64,000 nucleotides of DNA from Octopus sinensis. Taxonomy: Eukaryota. The notes under the pieces were generated by a model. That model made no database searches and had not been told where the DNA came from. It saw nothing but the letters and a program-made list of their open reading frames with translations. How positions within the stretch are numbered: the stretch's first letter is position 1; each line of letters opens with the position of its first letter. This document shows positions 12,757 to 25,911 of this stretch, in pieces. The translations under genes and the position numbers were made by a program. The stretch is from contig NC_043025.1 of assembly GCF_006345805.1 (NCBI RefSeq), positions 7,068,001 through 7,132,000 on the forward strand, written 5' to 3'.

Positions 12757-13809
12757 GATGAAGGTGGCGAACTGGCATGATTTTTAGCATGTCAGGAAAA
12801 ATGCTCTGCAGTATTTGATCTGTCTTTACATTCTAGTTCAAATTCCACTGAGGTCAGCTTTGCCTTTCATTCTTCCAGGGTCGATAGAATAAGTACCAGT
12901 CGAACACCGGCGTCAATGTAATCAACTTACCCCCTCTCCCCCCAAAATTGCTGCCCTTGTAAAATTTGAACCCAGTATTTTTTTTTTCATTTTTTTAATT
13001 ATTGATCCACTTTGTTGTAACCTTTATCTAACACCCCAACACACACGTGCGCATGCTCTGAGTTCAACAGACACTGATATTTACAAGAGTAGTTGCTGCT
13101 CTGACCGTCTATGTCAGTAAATGTGTAACTTTGTGTATGTTTAGTCCCTTGTTTGTTGGTTTATTATAACCAGGTCATGTATTAATCGGTTACTGTGTTG
13201 TCTCCACTTTGGTCCTCCTATGGAGAACTATTTGTTTCACTAACGTACTCCTTTGAGAGTGTGTCTTTGTTTGTGTATGTCTGTGTGTGAGAGAATATAT
13301 CAGAGGTTTTCGTTGAGCCTCACTGGAAAAAATAAAAATGATATTTGGTCACTGGTAGAGAGAGAGGGAAAGAGAATGTCTGGATGTGTATACTCTCTCT
13401 GTACTCTCTTTTACTTGTTTCAGTCATTTGACTGCGGCCATGCTGGAGCACCGCCTTTAGTCAAGCAAATCGACCCCGGGACTTATTCTTTGTAAGCCTA
13501 GTACTTATTCTGTCAGTCTCTTATGCCAAATCGCTAAGTTACGGGGATGTAAACACACCAGCATTGGTTGTCAAGCGATGTTGGGGGAACAACACACACA
13601 CACATACATATATGTATATATATATATACATAAACATATATACGACGGGCTTCTTTCATTTTCCATCTACCAAATCCACTCACAAGGCTTTGGTCGGCCC
13701 GAGGCTATAGTAGAAGACACTTGCTCAAGGTGCCACGCATTGGGAATGGACTCGGAACCATGTAGTTGGTAAACAAGCTACTTACCACACAGGCCATATA
13801 TGGGGGCAT

Positions 13810-14098
13810 GCACTATTTCAGTGCGTCATGGCATGCACCGTTTGTCGGTATATTTCCTGGTCTTTCCGTTTGACCCATTGAGCAGAGTGCCAACTAGCAC
13901 CCATCTCCATGTGATGAGGACTTCATCTGCTGTGGCCAACCAACACAAGCCATCAACCCAGCTGGATCCTCAGTGAAAAGAACATGGTAAGTGGAGTCTA
14001 ACTCGGAAAATTGGGCAACATGGTGTAACAGTTTGAGCTGGCACTTTACAATCATACCAGTAACAGGACATATCCCAGTTTCAGAGAAGAATTGTTGG
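13810..14098 (-). mobile_element. Decayed RTE-X-like LINE 3' fragment
   Basis: ETGICPVT..I..CQLKLLHHVAQFSELD..YHVL..EDPAG; paralogous to 15715-16012. Confidence 0.65.
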
Positions 14099-14873
14099 GT
14101 GTACATATGTATATATATATATCATCATCATCATTGTTTAACGTCCGCTTTCCAAGCTAGCATGGGTTGGACGATTTTGACCGAGGGCTGGCGAACCAGA
14201 TGGCTGCACCAGGCTCCAATCTTGATCTGGCAGAGTTTCTACGGCTGGATGCCCTTCCTAATGTCAATCACTCCGAGAGTGTGGTGGGTGCTTTTACGTG
14301 CCAGTCAGGTGGTACTGGCAATGACCTCGCTCGAATCTTTTTACACGAGCCACCAGGATTTGGCGACGTTGGTAACGATCATGCTTGAATGTTGCCCTTT
14401 TACGTGCCATGGGTATGGAAGCCAGTTAGCTGCTCTGGCAACGATCATGCTCGGATGGTGCTCTTGGCAACCTAGTAGCACAGGCACAAGTGCCAGTAAG
14501 GCGACACTGGTAACAATCACACTCGAATAGCCTCTCTGTCAACGATCACACTCGTATGGTGCTCTTTGTATGCCACTAGCACGGATGCCAGTCATCGAAT
14601 TGATTTTGATTTTGATATATATATATATATATATAGAGATTGAGTTGGGTATATAATACTACGTGCTAAAATCAGAGTCAAGGCTAGCCACCTTATTAAT
14701 ATTATTATAATGGTAATAATACATTTTGTTTTTGGTTTTGGTTTGCAAGATTCTTTATGTGAGTTCATGTGTTGAAGCATATTTTGTTGTCTGGGGAGAG
14801 TCATTTTCTTTTTGTGCCTTATAATTTAACACACTCACTGGTAAAATTTCCACTCATTTATTTATATATTTTT

Positions 14874-14910
14874 CTAAAATTTTCGTTGCATCTTGCAACC
14901 TTTTCAATAG
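14874..14910 (-). ncRNA. Hammerhead core variant with U3-A8 covariation
   Basis: Minus strand: CUA UUGAAAA G GUUGCA(aga)UGCAAC GAAA AU UU|UAG. Confidence 0.55.
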
Positions 14911-14926
14911 TTATGAAATAGTGGAA

Positions 14927-14987
<61 letters not shown>

Positions 14988-15714
14988 AGAGAATGATTCT
15001 CTTCAGACACAACAGGTAATACATCTATACACACACGCACACAAGCACACACACACATATGTATATATACACACACATACATATGTACATTTAATATATA
15101 TATATATACACATACATATATATCAGGTTTGATGTGGGGGTGTGTTCTGTTACAGGCCATGTCTAACTTAATAGCACCACCTGGTTGCTATATATACCTA
15201 TATATGTTCACATGCGTGTATATATGTATATAATGTATGGTGGAAATTTTACACACACACACACACACACACACGCGTATATATACACACTAAAAGAGAA
15301 TGATTCTCTTCAGACACAACAGGTAATAATACATCTATACACACACAAACACACACACATATGTATATATACCCACACATACATATGTCATTTAATATTA
15401 TATATACACATACTATATATCAGGTTTGATGTGGGGGCGTGTTCTGTTGCAGGCCATGTCTAACTTAATAGCACCACCTGGTTGCTACATATACCTATAT
15501 ACACACTAAAAGAGAATGATTCTCTTCAGACACAACAGGTAATAATACATCTATACACACACACACACACACACACATATGTATATATACACACACATAC
15601 ATATGTACATTTAATATATATATATATATACACACACATACATATGTACATTTAATATATATATATATATATACACATACATATATATCAGGTTTGATGT
15701 GGGGGCGTGTTCTG

Positions 15715-16012
15715 TTGCAGTGCATCGCTGCATTCACTAACCGTTGGCATCTGCTCAAGTTGTCCTGGGAAACGCTCTGAGCAGTATCCCAGTCAATCCC
15801 CATCTGCAAGATACCCCCTCCTTTGTCATGACCACGAAACATGTGACCGACCAACACGAGCCATCAACCCAGCTGGACCTTTGCTGAGAAGAACATGGTA
15901 AGCATAGGCTAACTCGGAAAATCAAGCAACATGCTCAAAGAGTCTGGGGCTGGTGCCCCCTCGAATCATACAAGTAATGGGACATATCCGAGTTTTTGAA
16001 TAGAGTTGAGGG
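15715..16012 (-). mobile_element. Decayed RTE-X-like LINE 3' fragment
   Basis: RLFEHVA*FSEL..AYHVL...GPAG...VGR...W...GIDW..A...RLVNAAM. Confidence 0.65.
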
Positions 16013-17271
16013 TTGGATATGAAATTCTTCTGGGGTCAACTTTGTCTTTCATTCTTTTGGGGTTGATAAAATAAAGTACCTATTTCTTCATTGCCCACAA
16101 GGGGCTAAACATAGAGGGGACAAACAAGGACAGACATAGGTAGTAAGTCGATTACATCGACCCCAGTGCGTAACTGGTACTTAATTTATCGCCCCCGAAA
16201 GGATTAAAGTCAAAGTCGACCTCGTCGTAATTTGAACTCACGACGTAACAACAGACGAAATACCTATTTCTTTATTACCCACAAGGGTCTAAACATAGAG
16301 GGGACAAACAAGGACAGACATAGGTATTAAGTCGATTATATCGACCCCAGTGCGTAACTGGTACTTAATTTATCGACCCCGAAAGGATGAAAGGCAAAGT
16401 CGACCTCGGCGGAATTTGAACTCACAACGTAACGACAGATGAAATACGGCTACGCATTTCGCCCGGCGTGCTCACGTTTCTGCCAGCTCGCTGCCTTTTA
16501 TAAAATAAAGTACCGTTCGAGTACCGGGGTTGCTGTAACTGACTAACTCCCTCCCCCAAAATTTCAGGCCTTGTGCCAAAATTAGAAAGGGTTGTATATA
16601 TATGTATATATATATATATATTTGCTTGTGTGCTTTGCTTTCCTGTGTTGTCTTGCTGTTGTATATGTATGTTGTCTGGAAACCATTATGATCTCCACTT
16701 TTGTAATTTGTCCCCCGCCCCAGATGCTCACCTCACCCACTGCCCTGAGGGCGGATAAACAAGTGTTCACCATCATCATCATCGCCATCGCCATCACAAA
16801 TACTATGACTGCCACCATCATCATCATCTTCATCACTTTCATTTTCACCACCACCACCATCATAATCACCCACGTCATCATCATCATCTTCATCGTCACC
16901 ACCACCACCACCACCATCATAATCACCCACATCATCATATCATCATCTTCATTGTCATCACCACCACCACCAGCACCACTACAATCATCATTAACATTGT
17001 CGCAACCACCACTAATACCACCACCACCACCACCACCACCATCACAATCAACACCACTTGTCTATGTGGACCATGCTTGTCCTATTAAGGAAGGTTTTAC
17101 TGCCCATGTTACAGCATCCTCTCATCTCTCTCACACCCTTTTGTTGTAGCATCTTGCAGTTTTGTGCAGTTAGAGGTGTTTCGGGGGTGGTGCAGAAAGT
17201 TTGTCAACACCACTCAACATAACGTGAAGAGTTGGAAACTATTAGCTCAGCACTCCTTTCATATGATGTTC

Positions 17272-17468
17272 TTGCGGGGAGGACAACTTCACATGTTTCT
17301 GCCTTATTCGAACTCATCAGTTGCGGGGAGGACAACTTCACATGTTTCTGCCTTATTCGAACTCATTAGTTGCGGGGAGGACAACTTCACATGTTTCTGC
17401 CTTATTCGAACTCATCAGTTGCGGGGAGGACAACTTCACATGTTTCTGCCTTATTCGAACTCATCATT
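17272..17468. repeat. 49-bp tandem repeat x4 carrying a degenerate hammerhead core on the minus strand
   Basis: Unit reverse complement CUGAUGA guucgaauaaggca GAAA caug ugaaguug. Confidence 0.85.
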
Positions 17469-17604
17469 GAAGCAATGCCATCTTCCATAATTCTTGAGGC
17501 CCACTGCTTTGTGTTTATATCTTTTTCATTTATTTATTTATTTTCTTCCCTTGATCTTTTGAGTGAAGTAAATGCAGGTGGGGGAGGCTGTTTTTACGGG
17601 TGGT

Positions 17605-18215
17605 ATTTTTCCCCCTCACATCAAGGGAGGCACAAATTTCGCTGCAATTCTTTTCATTCGCAAATCCTTGTTCAAAATTCGTTAGCAGGGGCTCCTGGGC
17701 ACACCTATTTCCTTACTACCCACAAAGGGCTAAACACAGAGGGGACAAACAAGGACAGACAAAGGGATCAAGTCGATTACATCGACCATGTGCGTAACTG
17801 GTACTTAATTTATCAACCCCGAAAGGATGAAAGGCAAAGTCGACCTCGGCGGAATTTGAACTCAGAACGTAACGGCAGACGAAATACAGCCCAGCATTTC
17901 GCCCGGCGTGCTAACGATTCTGCCAGCTCTCTCCTGGGCACACCTGTCATATCAAAAAGTTCATCAGTTGTTCGGTGATGCTCTTCCAAGATCAGTTCCT
18001 GAATTTTCATGTTGTTTCTATTCATTCAGGCGGTTGGCGGTCATCCTGAACAAGGTTGGTCTTTGAGTGACCATTCCTAAAGCATGGCAACCACTTGTAA
18101 ACTCGTGTTTTGCTTATGGCAGTGCCCTTATATGCTGTTTGACGCATGACAACTGTTTCGGCCACCGTTTTCCCCAGCAGAAAACAGAATTTCATGGAAG
18201 CGTGCCACATAGCAG
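17605..18215 (-). pseudogene. Decayed mariner transposase N-terminus, split by a SINE
   Basis: KFCFLLGKTVAETVVM..TAYK...SKTRVYKW, KIQELILE...DELFDMTGV, RIL.KDLRMKRIAAKFVP; 15-bp TSD ctcctgggcacacct around the SINE. Confidence 0.85.
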
Positions 18216-18325
18216 TACAGCTTTTGTTGATGCTACTGGTTGGCAGGCTGAATCTTTCGGGTACTTCCTTGTATGTATGTATATATATACATGTATGTAT
18301 ATATGTGTGTGTGTGTGTATATAAG

Positions 18326-18671
18326 TAAAGGCACGTGGCTCAGTGGTTAGAGTGTCGAGCTTACGATCGTGAGGTTGTGAGCTCGAATCCCGGACCGGGC
18401 TGCGTGTTGTGTTCTTGAGCAAGACACTTTATTTCACGTTGCTCCAGTTCACTCAGCTGTAGAAATGAGTTGCGACGTCACAGGTACCAAGCTGTATCGG
18501 CCCCTTTGCCTTTCCCTTGGACAACATCGGTGACGTGGAGAGGGGAGACCGGTATGCATGGGCGACTGCTGGTCTTCCATAAAAAAAAAAAAACAACCTT
18601 GCCCAGACTTGTGCCTCAGAGGGTAACTCTCTAGGTGCAAACCCATGGTCAGTGTCTGACCGAAGGGGGTC
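18326..18671 (+). mobile_element. tRNA-derived SINE family B
   Basis: Same consensus as 11936-12270. Confidence 0.88.
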
Positions 18672-18715
18672 AAAAAAAAAAATATTATGTGTGTGTGTGT
18701 GTAACAATTAGTTGG

Positions 18716-18790
18716 TTGTCATAATAAAACTCAGAGTTTCGGATGCCAGGGCTGATGTCTGCTCTGGCATCTCATCAGTTATTGAGACAA
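18716..18790 (-). ncRNA. Type I hammerhead ribozyme
   Basis: Minus strand: UUGUC-uc-AAUAA CUGAUGA GAUGCCAGAGC(8)GCCCUGGCAUC C GAAA CUCUGAG UU|UUAUU-au-GACAA. Confidence 0.85.
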
Positions 18791-19107
18791 AAACGCTATA
18801 AAAAGAAAAAGGAAAGCTTTGAATAAAGCGAAATTACTCCAATAGGCATGGGGGGAAGTGAAACTCCATTCATAGAATCCACATATGCACATGTAATGAT
18901 GATTGTAGTGGTGCTGGTGGTGGTGATGACAATGAAGAAGATGATGACATGGGTGATTATGATGGTGTATGTATAACTTAGAATAACTTAGAAAGGTTTT
19001 GGCTAGTATTGGCCCAGCCCATGTCTAACTTAATAGCACCACCTGGTTGCTATATATACCTATATATGTTCACATGCGTGTATATATGTATATAATGTAT
19101 GGTGGAA

Positions 19108-19146
<39 letters not shown>

Positions 19147-19198
19147 GCACACAAACAAGAGAATGATTCCCTTCAGACACAACAGGTAATAATACATC

Positions 19199-19233
<35 letters not shown>

Positions 19234-19998
19234 GCACACAAACAAGAGAATGATTCCCTTCAGACACAACAGGTAATAATACATCTATACACACACACAC
19301 ACACACAAATGTATATATACACACACATACATATGTACATTTAATATATATATATACACATACATATATATCAGGTTTGATGTGGGGGCGTGTTCTGTTG
19401 CAGGCCATGTCTAACTTAATAGCACCACCTGGTTGCTACATATACCTATATATGTTTACATGCGTGTATATATGAATATAATGTATGGTGGAAATTTTAC
19501 ACACACGTATATATACACACTAAAAGAGAATGATTCTCTTCAGACACAACAGGTAATAATACATCTATACACACACACACACAAATGTATATATACACAC
19601 ACATACATATGTACGTTTAATATATATATACACATACATATATATCAGGTTTGATGTGGGGGCGTGTTCTGTTGCAGGCCATGTCTAACTTAATAGCACC
19701 ACCTGGTTGCTACATATACCTATATATGTTCACATGCGTGTATATATGTATATAATGTATGGTGAATTTATGGAATGAAGTCCCATTAATCCCATCAATT
19801 CTTCCATTTTAAATAAAATTGATAGGATTTACGGAACTTCTTCCTTCCATAAATTCAACATACATTATATACAAGTACTACTTTCATATCTTTGCAAATT
19901 TACACCTGTAAACTCCCAGCAAAGTATGAGAATCAACATTAGAAATCTTTTTAGGAAACCTCCCGATTAAGGATGACCCCACATTCCACCTTTATACA

Positions 19999-20074
<76 letters not shown>

Positions 20075-20144
20075 TATATATATATATATATATATGCATA
20101 TATATATACATATATATATACATATATATATAACATATATATAC

Positions 20145-20179
<35 letters not shown>

Positions 20180-20478
20180 ACATATATATATAATATATAT
20201 ATATCTTTTACTCTTTACTCTTTTACTTGTTTCAGTCATCTGACTGCGGCCATGCTGGAGCAGCGCCTTTTGGTCGAGCAGATCGCCCCGGGACTTATTC
20301 TTTGTAATCCCAGTACTTACTCTATCGGTCTCTTTTGCCGAACCGCTAACTTATGGGGACATTAACAGACCAGCATCGGCTGTCAAGCGATGTGTGGGGG
20401 ACAAACACAGACACACAACACACACACACGCATGCATGCATACATATATATATATATATGTATATGTATGTTGTATGA

Positions 20479-20520
<42 letters not shown>

Positions 20521-20542
20521 GTATATGTATGTTATGTATGAG

Positions 20543-20575
<33 letters not shown>

Positions 20576-21280
20576 TATATATATGTATATATATGTATAT
20601 GTATGTATGTATGAGTATATATATATATCGTCGTCATCGTTTAACGTCTGCTTTCCATGCTAGCATGGGTTGGACGATTTTGACTGAGGACTGGTGAACC
20701 AGATGGCTGCACCAGACTCCAATCTTGATCTGGCAGAGTTTCTACAGCTGGATGCCCTTCCTAACGCCAACCACATATACATACATATATATGCATATAC
20801 ATATATATATACACATATATATATATATATACATATATATACATACATATATATATACATATATACAACGAGCTTCTTTCAGTTTCCGTCTACCAGATCC
20901 ACTCACAAGGCTTTGGTCGGCCCGAGGCTATAGTAGAAGACACTTGCCCAAGGTGCCACGCAGTGGAAATGAACCCGGAACCATGTGGTTGGTAAGCAAG
21001 ATACTTACCACACAGCCACTCCTATGCCTATTTATATATAAAATACTACAATTAGCCGTCATTTTTGACGGCACAGGGTCAGCTAGTTACTATTCAATAT
21101 ACATAAATATATATATATGTGGTTGTGTGGTAAGTAGCTTGCTAACCAACCACATGGTTCCGGGTTCAGTCCCACTGCATGGCATCTTGGGCAAGTGTCT
21201 TCTACTATAGCCCCGAGCCGACCAATGCTTTTTGAGTGGATTTGGTAGACGGAAACTGAAAGAAGCCTGTCGTATATATG

Positions 21281-21338
<58 letters not shown>

Positions 21339-21659
21339 TTTATATATATATGTGTGTTTGTGTGTTTGTGTGTCTGTGTTTGTCCCCCTAGCATTGCTTG
21401 ACAACTGATGCTGGTGTTTTTACGTCCCCGTCACTTAGCGGTTCGGCAAAAGAGACCGATAGAATAAGTACTGGGCTTACAAAGAATAAGTCCCCGGGTC
21501 GAGCTGCTCGATTAAAGGCGGTGCTCCAGCATGGCCGCAGTCAAATGACTGAAACAAGTAAAAGAGTGAAAAGAGTAAAGAGTAATACCAGAATAAGCAC
21601 ATGAATGTGGAACAAGGTGGGTCAAAATGGTACTCGAATACCAGAGGTAGAGCAATATG

Positions 21660-21848
21660 CTTTATTATTAAAGCTGCAAAGACTTCAAAAAATATCACAA
21701 AAAAACTGCTATTCTGAGTTTCACGTTCCCATTTGTCTGGCAGTTGCAATTCAGAAGGGATCCATTCTGAGTCACAACTGCCTGATGAACAGGGAACGTG
21801 AAACTCTGAGTATCATTTTTTTTTCGATGTTTTAGCAACTTTAATAAC
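21660..21848. mobile_element. Fold-back element with a degenerate hammerhead in each arm (related copy 23060-23200)
   Basis: Inverted arms ttattaaagctgc/gcaactttaataa; consensus of arms AACUGU CUGAUGA AC(A/G)GGAAYGU GAAA CUCUGAG UA|ACAGUU. Confidence 0.7.
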
Positions 21849-21915
21849 AGAGTGTATGTACATGTATATCTATATCTATATATGTGTGTGTATATATATA
21901 TTTGTGTATATATAA

Positions 21916-21965
<50 letters not shown>

Positions 21966-22000
21966 ATATATGTATATATATGTGCTGCTCTTAAATAAAT

Positions 22001-22033
<33 letters not shown>

Positions 22034-22146
22034 TGAATTTCTAAATGTCTCAAAGAGACATGAGCAGTGGTGGAGAGTGATAGAGTGGTGGTGGAGCAAT
22101 AGTGGGTGGTGGTTGACAGTATACAGCCACTATCTCTCTCTCTCTC

Positions 22147-22188
<42 letters not shown>

Positions 22189-22253
22189 TTTACTTTTTTT
22201 AAACTTTTTTACTTGTTTCAGTCATTTGACTGCGGCCATGCTGGAGCACCACC

Positions 22254-22287
<34 letters not shown>

Positions 22288-22944
22288 TATATATTGAAAT
22301 TCTTGGTGTATAAAGCCGCAAAGCTTTCTAGCTTTGTTTACTTTTAAATGAAGATATAAAGAGCATAAGCATGAAACCACTGGTAGCCTACATAATAAGT
22401 TAACTTATATTGCTTTTATAATGACATGCGCATTAAACAGCACATTGCTATTGAGTGTTTTATTACGTATATGATACTATTTTTTAATTTCGATAACATA
22501 TATATATAATTGTTATAGAGGACAAAAAATTCAAAGTGTCACAACTATTTCCGGATATCCCAGAAACAGCTGTAAAGCTTTGAATTTTTTCCAATAATGA
22601 TATTGTATATGACTTGAGATGTTTGCTTTGCCTTAACGTTTGTTGTCCTCTTTAACAATTATTTGTCTGCTATATTGGAAATCTGCAAGGGCTCCATAAC
22701 TACCGTCTTGGCTATAATAACCTTGGAGCCCTAGTAATCCGTTACAGCACTTACCTAGCATAGCTATCGTTTAGATCACCTGTGAATTGAAATTTTACCT
22801 TCTCCCATCTGATACAATAAATGAATTAATTGCATTGCAATTATAAGCATTTATGTATTTGCCTTTTGGGTGCTTCACTGGCAGTATATTGGATAACTGA
22901 TATCCCATAGTGGGTTATACTCATAACCCCTATTTTACTTTGTA

Positions 22945-22986
<42 letters not shown>

Positions 22987-23210
22987 GTAAGTACATAAAT
23001 GCAAAAACCAACATAAATGAAAAAATAATGCTCAAATGCCAAAGATATAACAATATGCTTTTATTAATGCTGCAAAAATTTTCGCAAACTGTTAATCATT
23101 TTCACGTTCCCATTCATTGGACAGTCGCACAAGTGTCTGATAAACAGGAATGTGAAACTCTGAGTAACAGTTCATGGAGATTATTGCAGCTTTAATAATA
23201 ATTATATATA

Positions 23211-23319
23211 TATATAATTAGGGTTCAGTAAAATAATTTACTTTACCACACACCGAACTTTTAGAAATAGTTTTAGAAATGTGGTAAAGTAAATTATTTT
23301 ACTGAACCCTAATTATATA
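23211..23319. repeat. Perfect 40-bp inverted repeat (fold-back)
   Basis: 23211-23250 is the reverse complement of 23280-23319. Confidence 0.9.
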
Positions 23320-23416
23320 AGGTAATGTTTTAAATATACCGTAAATGGTCTTCTTACATACTGAACACTACTTGGTAAAATTAATTAATAATTAATTGAT
23401 TTTACCCTTTTATTAT

Positions 23417-23456
<40 letters not shown>

Positions 23457-23755
23457 GTGAAGGCGCATGGCTTAGTGGTTAAGGTGTTCTACTCACGACT
23501 GTGAGGTTGTGGGTTCGATTCCCAGACCAGGCGTTGCATTGTGTTCTTGAGCAAAGCACTTCATTTCACCTTGTTGCTCTGTGATCATTTCAACATGTGA
23601 CATGTGGAACCCGTTGCACCTGTACAGGTAATGTTGATCTGATGGAGGGAGTGAGCTTGTGTCTACACAAACATTTGATCACTATAAACAAATCATCTGT
23701 GTGGTTGATTGGTAAGAAATTATTGAACCCTCATATTGTCTAATGATGGGAGAGT

Positions 23756-23806
<51 letters not shown>

Positions 23807-24276
23807 CAGGCTTCTTGCAGTTCTGTCTATCAAATTCACTTGCTACACTTCGGTTGGCCTGAGGCTATAGTAAAAGACACCTGCCCAAGGTGCCATGGGG
23901 TGGGATGGAACCTAGAATCATGCAAGGAGGGAGGGAAATAGGGGACATGAACAAGAGGGAGAGAGTGCATGGTGAATGGAGAGCAGGGGTGTGGACCAGC
24001 AAGAGTGAGTGAGAACACGAGAGAGGGAGAGCAAGAGGGAGGGAAAGTAAAAGAGCAGAGTAAGAAGGGAGAGATTCTATAGTTGGCATTGTAGGGTTGG
24101 TGTGAGAGGCCAGATCTGGCCAGTTTGAACATAAAACTGGCAGAGTATTTGGGCCAGATCTGGCCAGTCGGAACATAAAACTGGCAGAGTATTTGGGCCA
24201 GATGTGGCCTTTTTGAATGCTAAAGGGTTAACGTTATTCCATTAAGCAATGAATTTTGTTTCTCTGTCTTTTCCAG

Positions 24277-24342
24277 GATGCTTGTCGTCTGCAGAAAATT
24301 ATGATGGACAAGAAGAAAGAACTGGAAAAATTTGAAGTAAAG
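24277..24342 (+). CDS. PBRM1: Polybromo-1 exon, C-terminal helix of bromodomain 3 (DACRLQKIMMDKKKELEKFEVK)
   Basis: ttttccag| acceptor, |gtaagt donor, 66 nt, phase 0-0; resembles recalled human PBRM1 BD3 end (RVLKLQQVMQAKKKEL); in frame with the next exon. Confidence 0.85.
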
Positions 24343-25316
24343 GTAAGTGCTGCCACCTTGCAAAGGTTCCTTGTGTCTATGTCGTTTTGTCTTTTATTAC
24401 TGTTTTTATAGAGATAGGGTGAGTAGATGGATGTGGCGACTGGAAGAATCAGAATGGTGTAGCCTACACAAAAGGAAGTCTTCTTATTTCTTTACTACCC
24501 ACAAGGGGCTAAACACAGAGGGGACAAACAAAGACAGACAAACGGATTAAGTCGATTATATCGACCCCAGGGCGTAACTGGTACTTATTTAATCGACCCC
24601 GAAAGGATGAAAGGCAAAGTCGACCTCGGTGGAATTTGAACTCAGAACGTAGCGGCAGACGAAATACCTATTTCTTTACTACCCACGAGGAGCTAAACAC
24701 AGAGGGGACAAACAAGGACAGACAAATGGATTAAGTCGATTATATCGACCCCAGGGCGTAACTGGTACTTATTTAATCGACCCCGAAAGGATGAAAGGCA
24801 AATTTGACCTTGGCGGAATTTGAACTCAGAACGTAGCGGCAGACGAAATACCGCTAAGCATTTCGCCCGGCGTGCTAATGATTCTGCCAGCTCTTCTGTG
24901 CTGTAAGTTCTCAGATGCAAACAGGATCCACTTTGATGGGTCGTCTTTTAGAGGTTTCATAAAATAAAGTACCAGGACTTCATTGAGGTCTCTGAAAAAT
25001 TCTTGGCTTTGTACCTAATTCAGGGATGATGATGACGATGATTATTATTATTATTGTTATTATTATTATTATTATATTATTATTATTATTATTGCGCAAA
25101 GCTAGCAGAATCGTTAGCATGCTGGACAGAAATGCCTTATGGTGTTTTGCCCGTCACTACATCCCGAGTTCAAATTCCGCCGAGGTTGACTTTGTCTTTT
25201 ATCCTTTTGGGGGTCAATAAACCAAGTACCAGTTTCACACTGGGGTCGATGTAACCAACTTAATCCCCTCCCCCCAAACTGCCCTTGTGGCAAAAAATTT
25301 GAAATTGTCATCATCA

Positions 25317-25360
<44 letters not shown>

Positions 25361-25367
25361 GTCATCA

Positions 25368-25405
<38 letters not shown>

Positions 25406-25617
25406 TATTATTATTAAGGTAGCAAGCTGGCAGAATTGTTAGCACGCTGGAGGAAAATCATAATGGCATTTTGTTCTGAGATCAAACTCCTCAGTGATCG
25501 ACTTTGCCTTTCATCCTTTCAGGGTTGATAAAATATGTACCAGTTATGCAATGGGGTCATTGTAATCAACTATCGTCTGCCCTAAAAGTTTTAGCCCTTG
25601 TGCCTTTAATACAAAAG

Positions 25618-25662
<45 letters not shown>

Positions 25663-25911
25663 TATTGTTGTTGTTGTTAAGGCAGCAAGCTGGCAGAATC
25701 GTTAGCATGCCAGGCAAAATACTCAATGGCATTTCATTGGTCTTTGTTCTGGGTTCAAATTCCACCAAGGTTGACTTTGCCTTTCATCCTTTTGGGGCCA
25801 ATAAATTAAGTACCAGTGAAACACTGGGTTCAATGCAATCAATTACCCCCCTCCCCTGGAAGTGCTGGCCTTGTGCCTTTAGCAAAAGCCATTATTATTA
25901 TTATAATATTA

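Noticed and set aside
13950-14020. Paralogous segments ending in ATG|GTAAG (also about 15890), resembling duplicated exons
   Set aside because: Minus-strand translation identifies both as decayed RTE LINE ends
24485-24893. SINE D multimer as a retrozyme
   Set aside because: No CUGANGA core on either strand; it carries a Pol III B box, so it is a SINE
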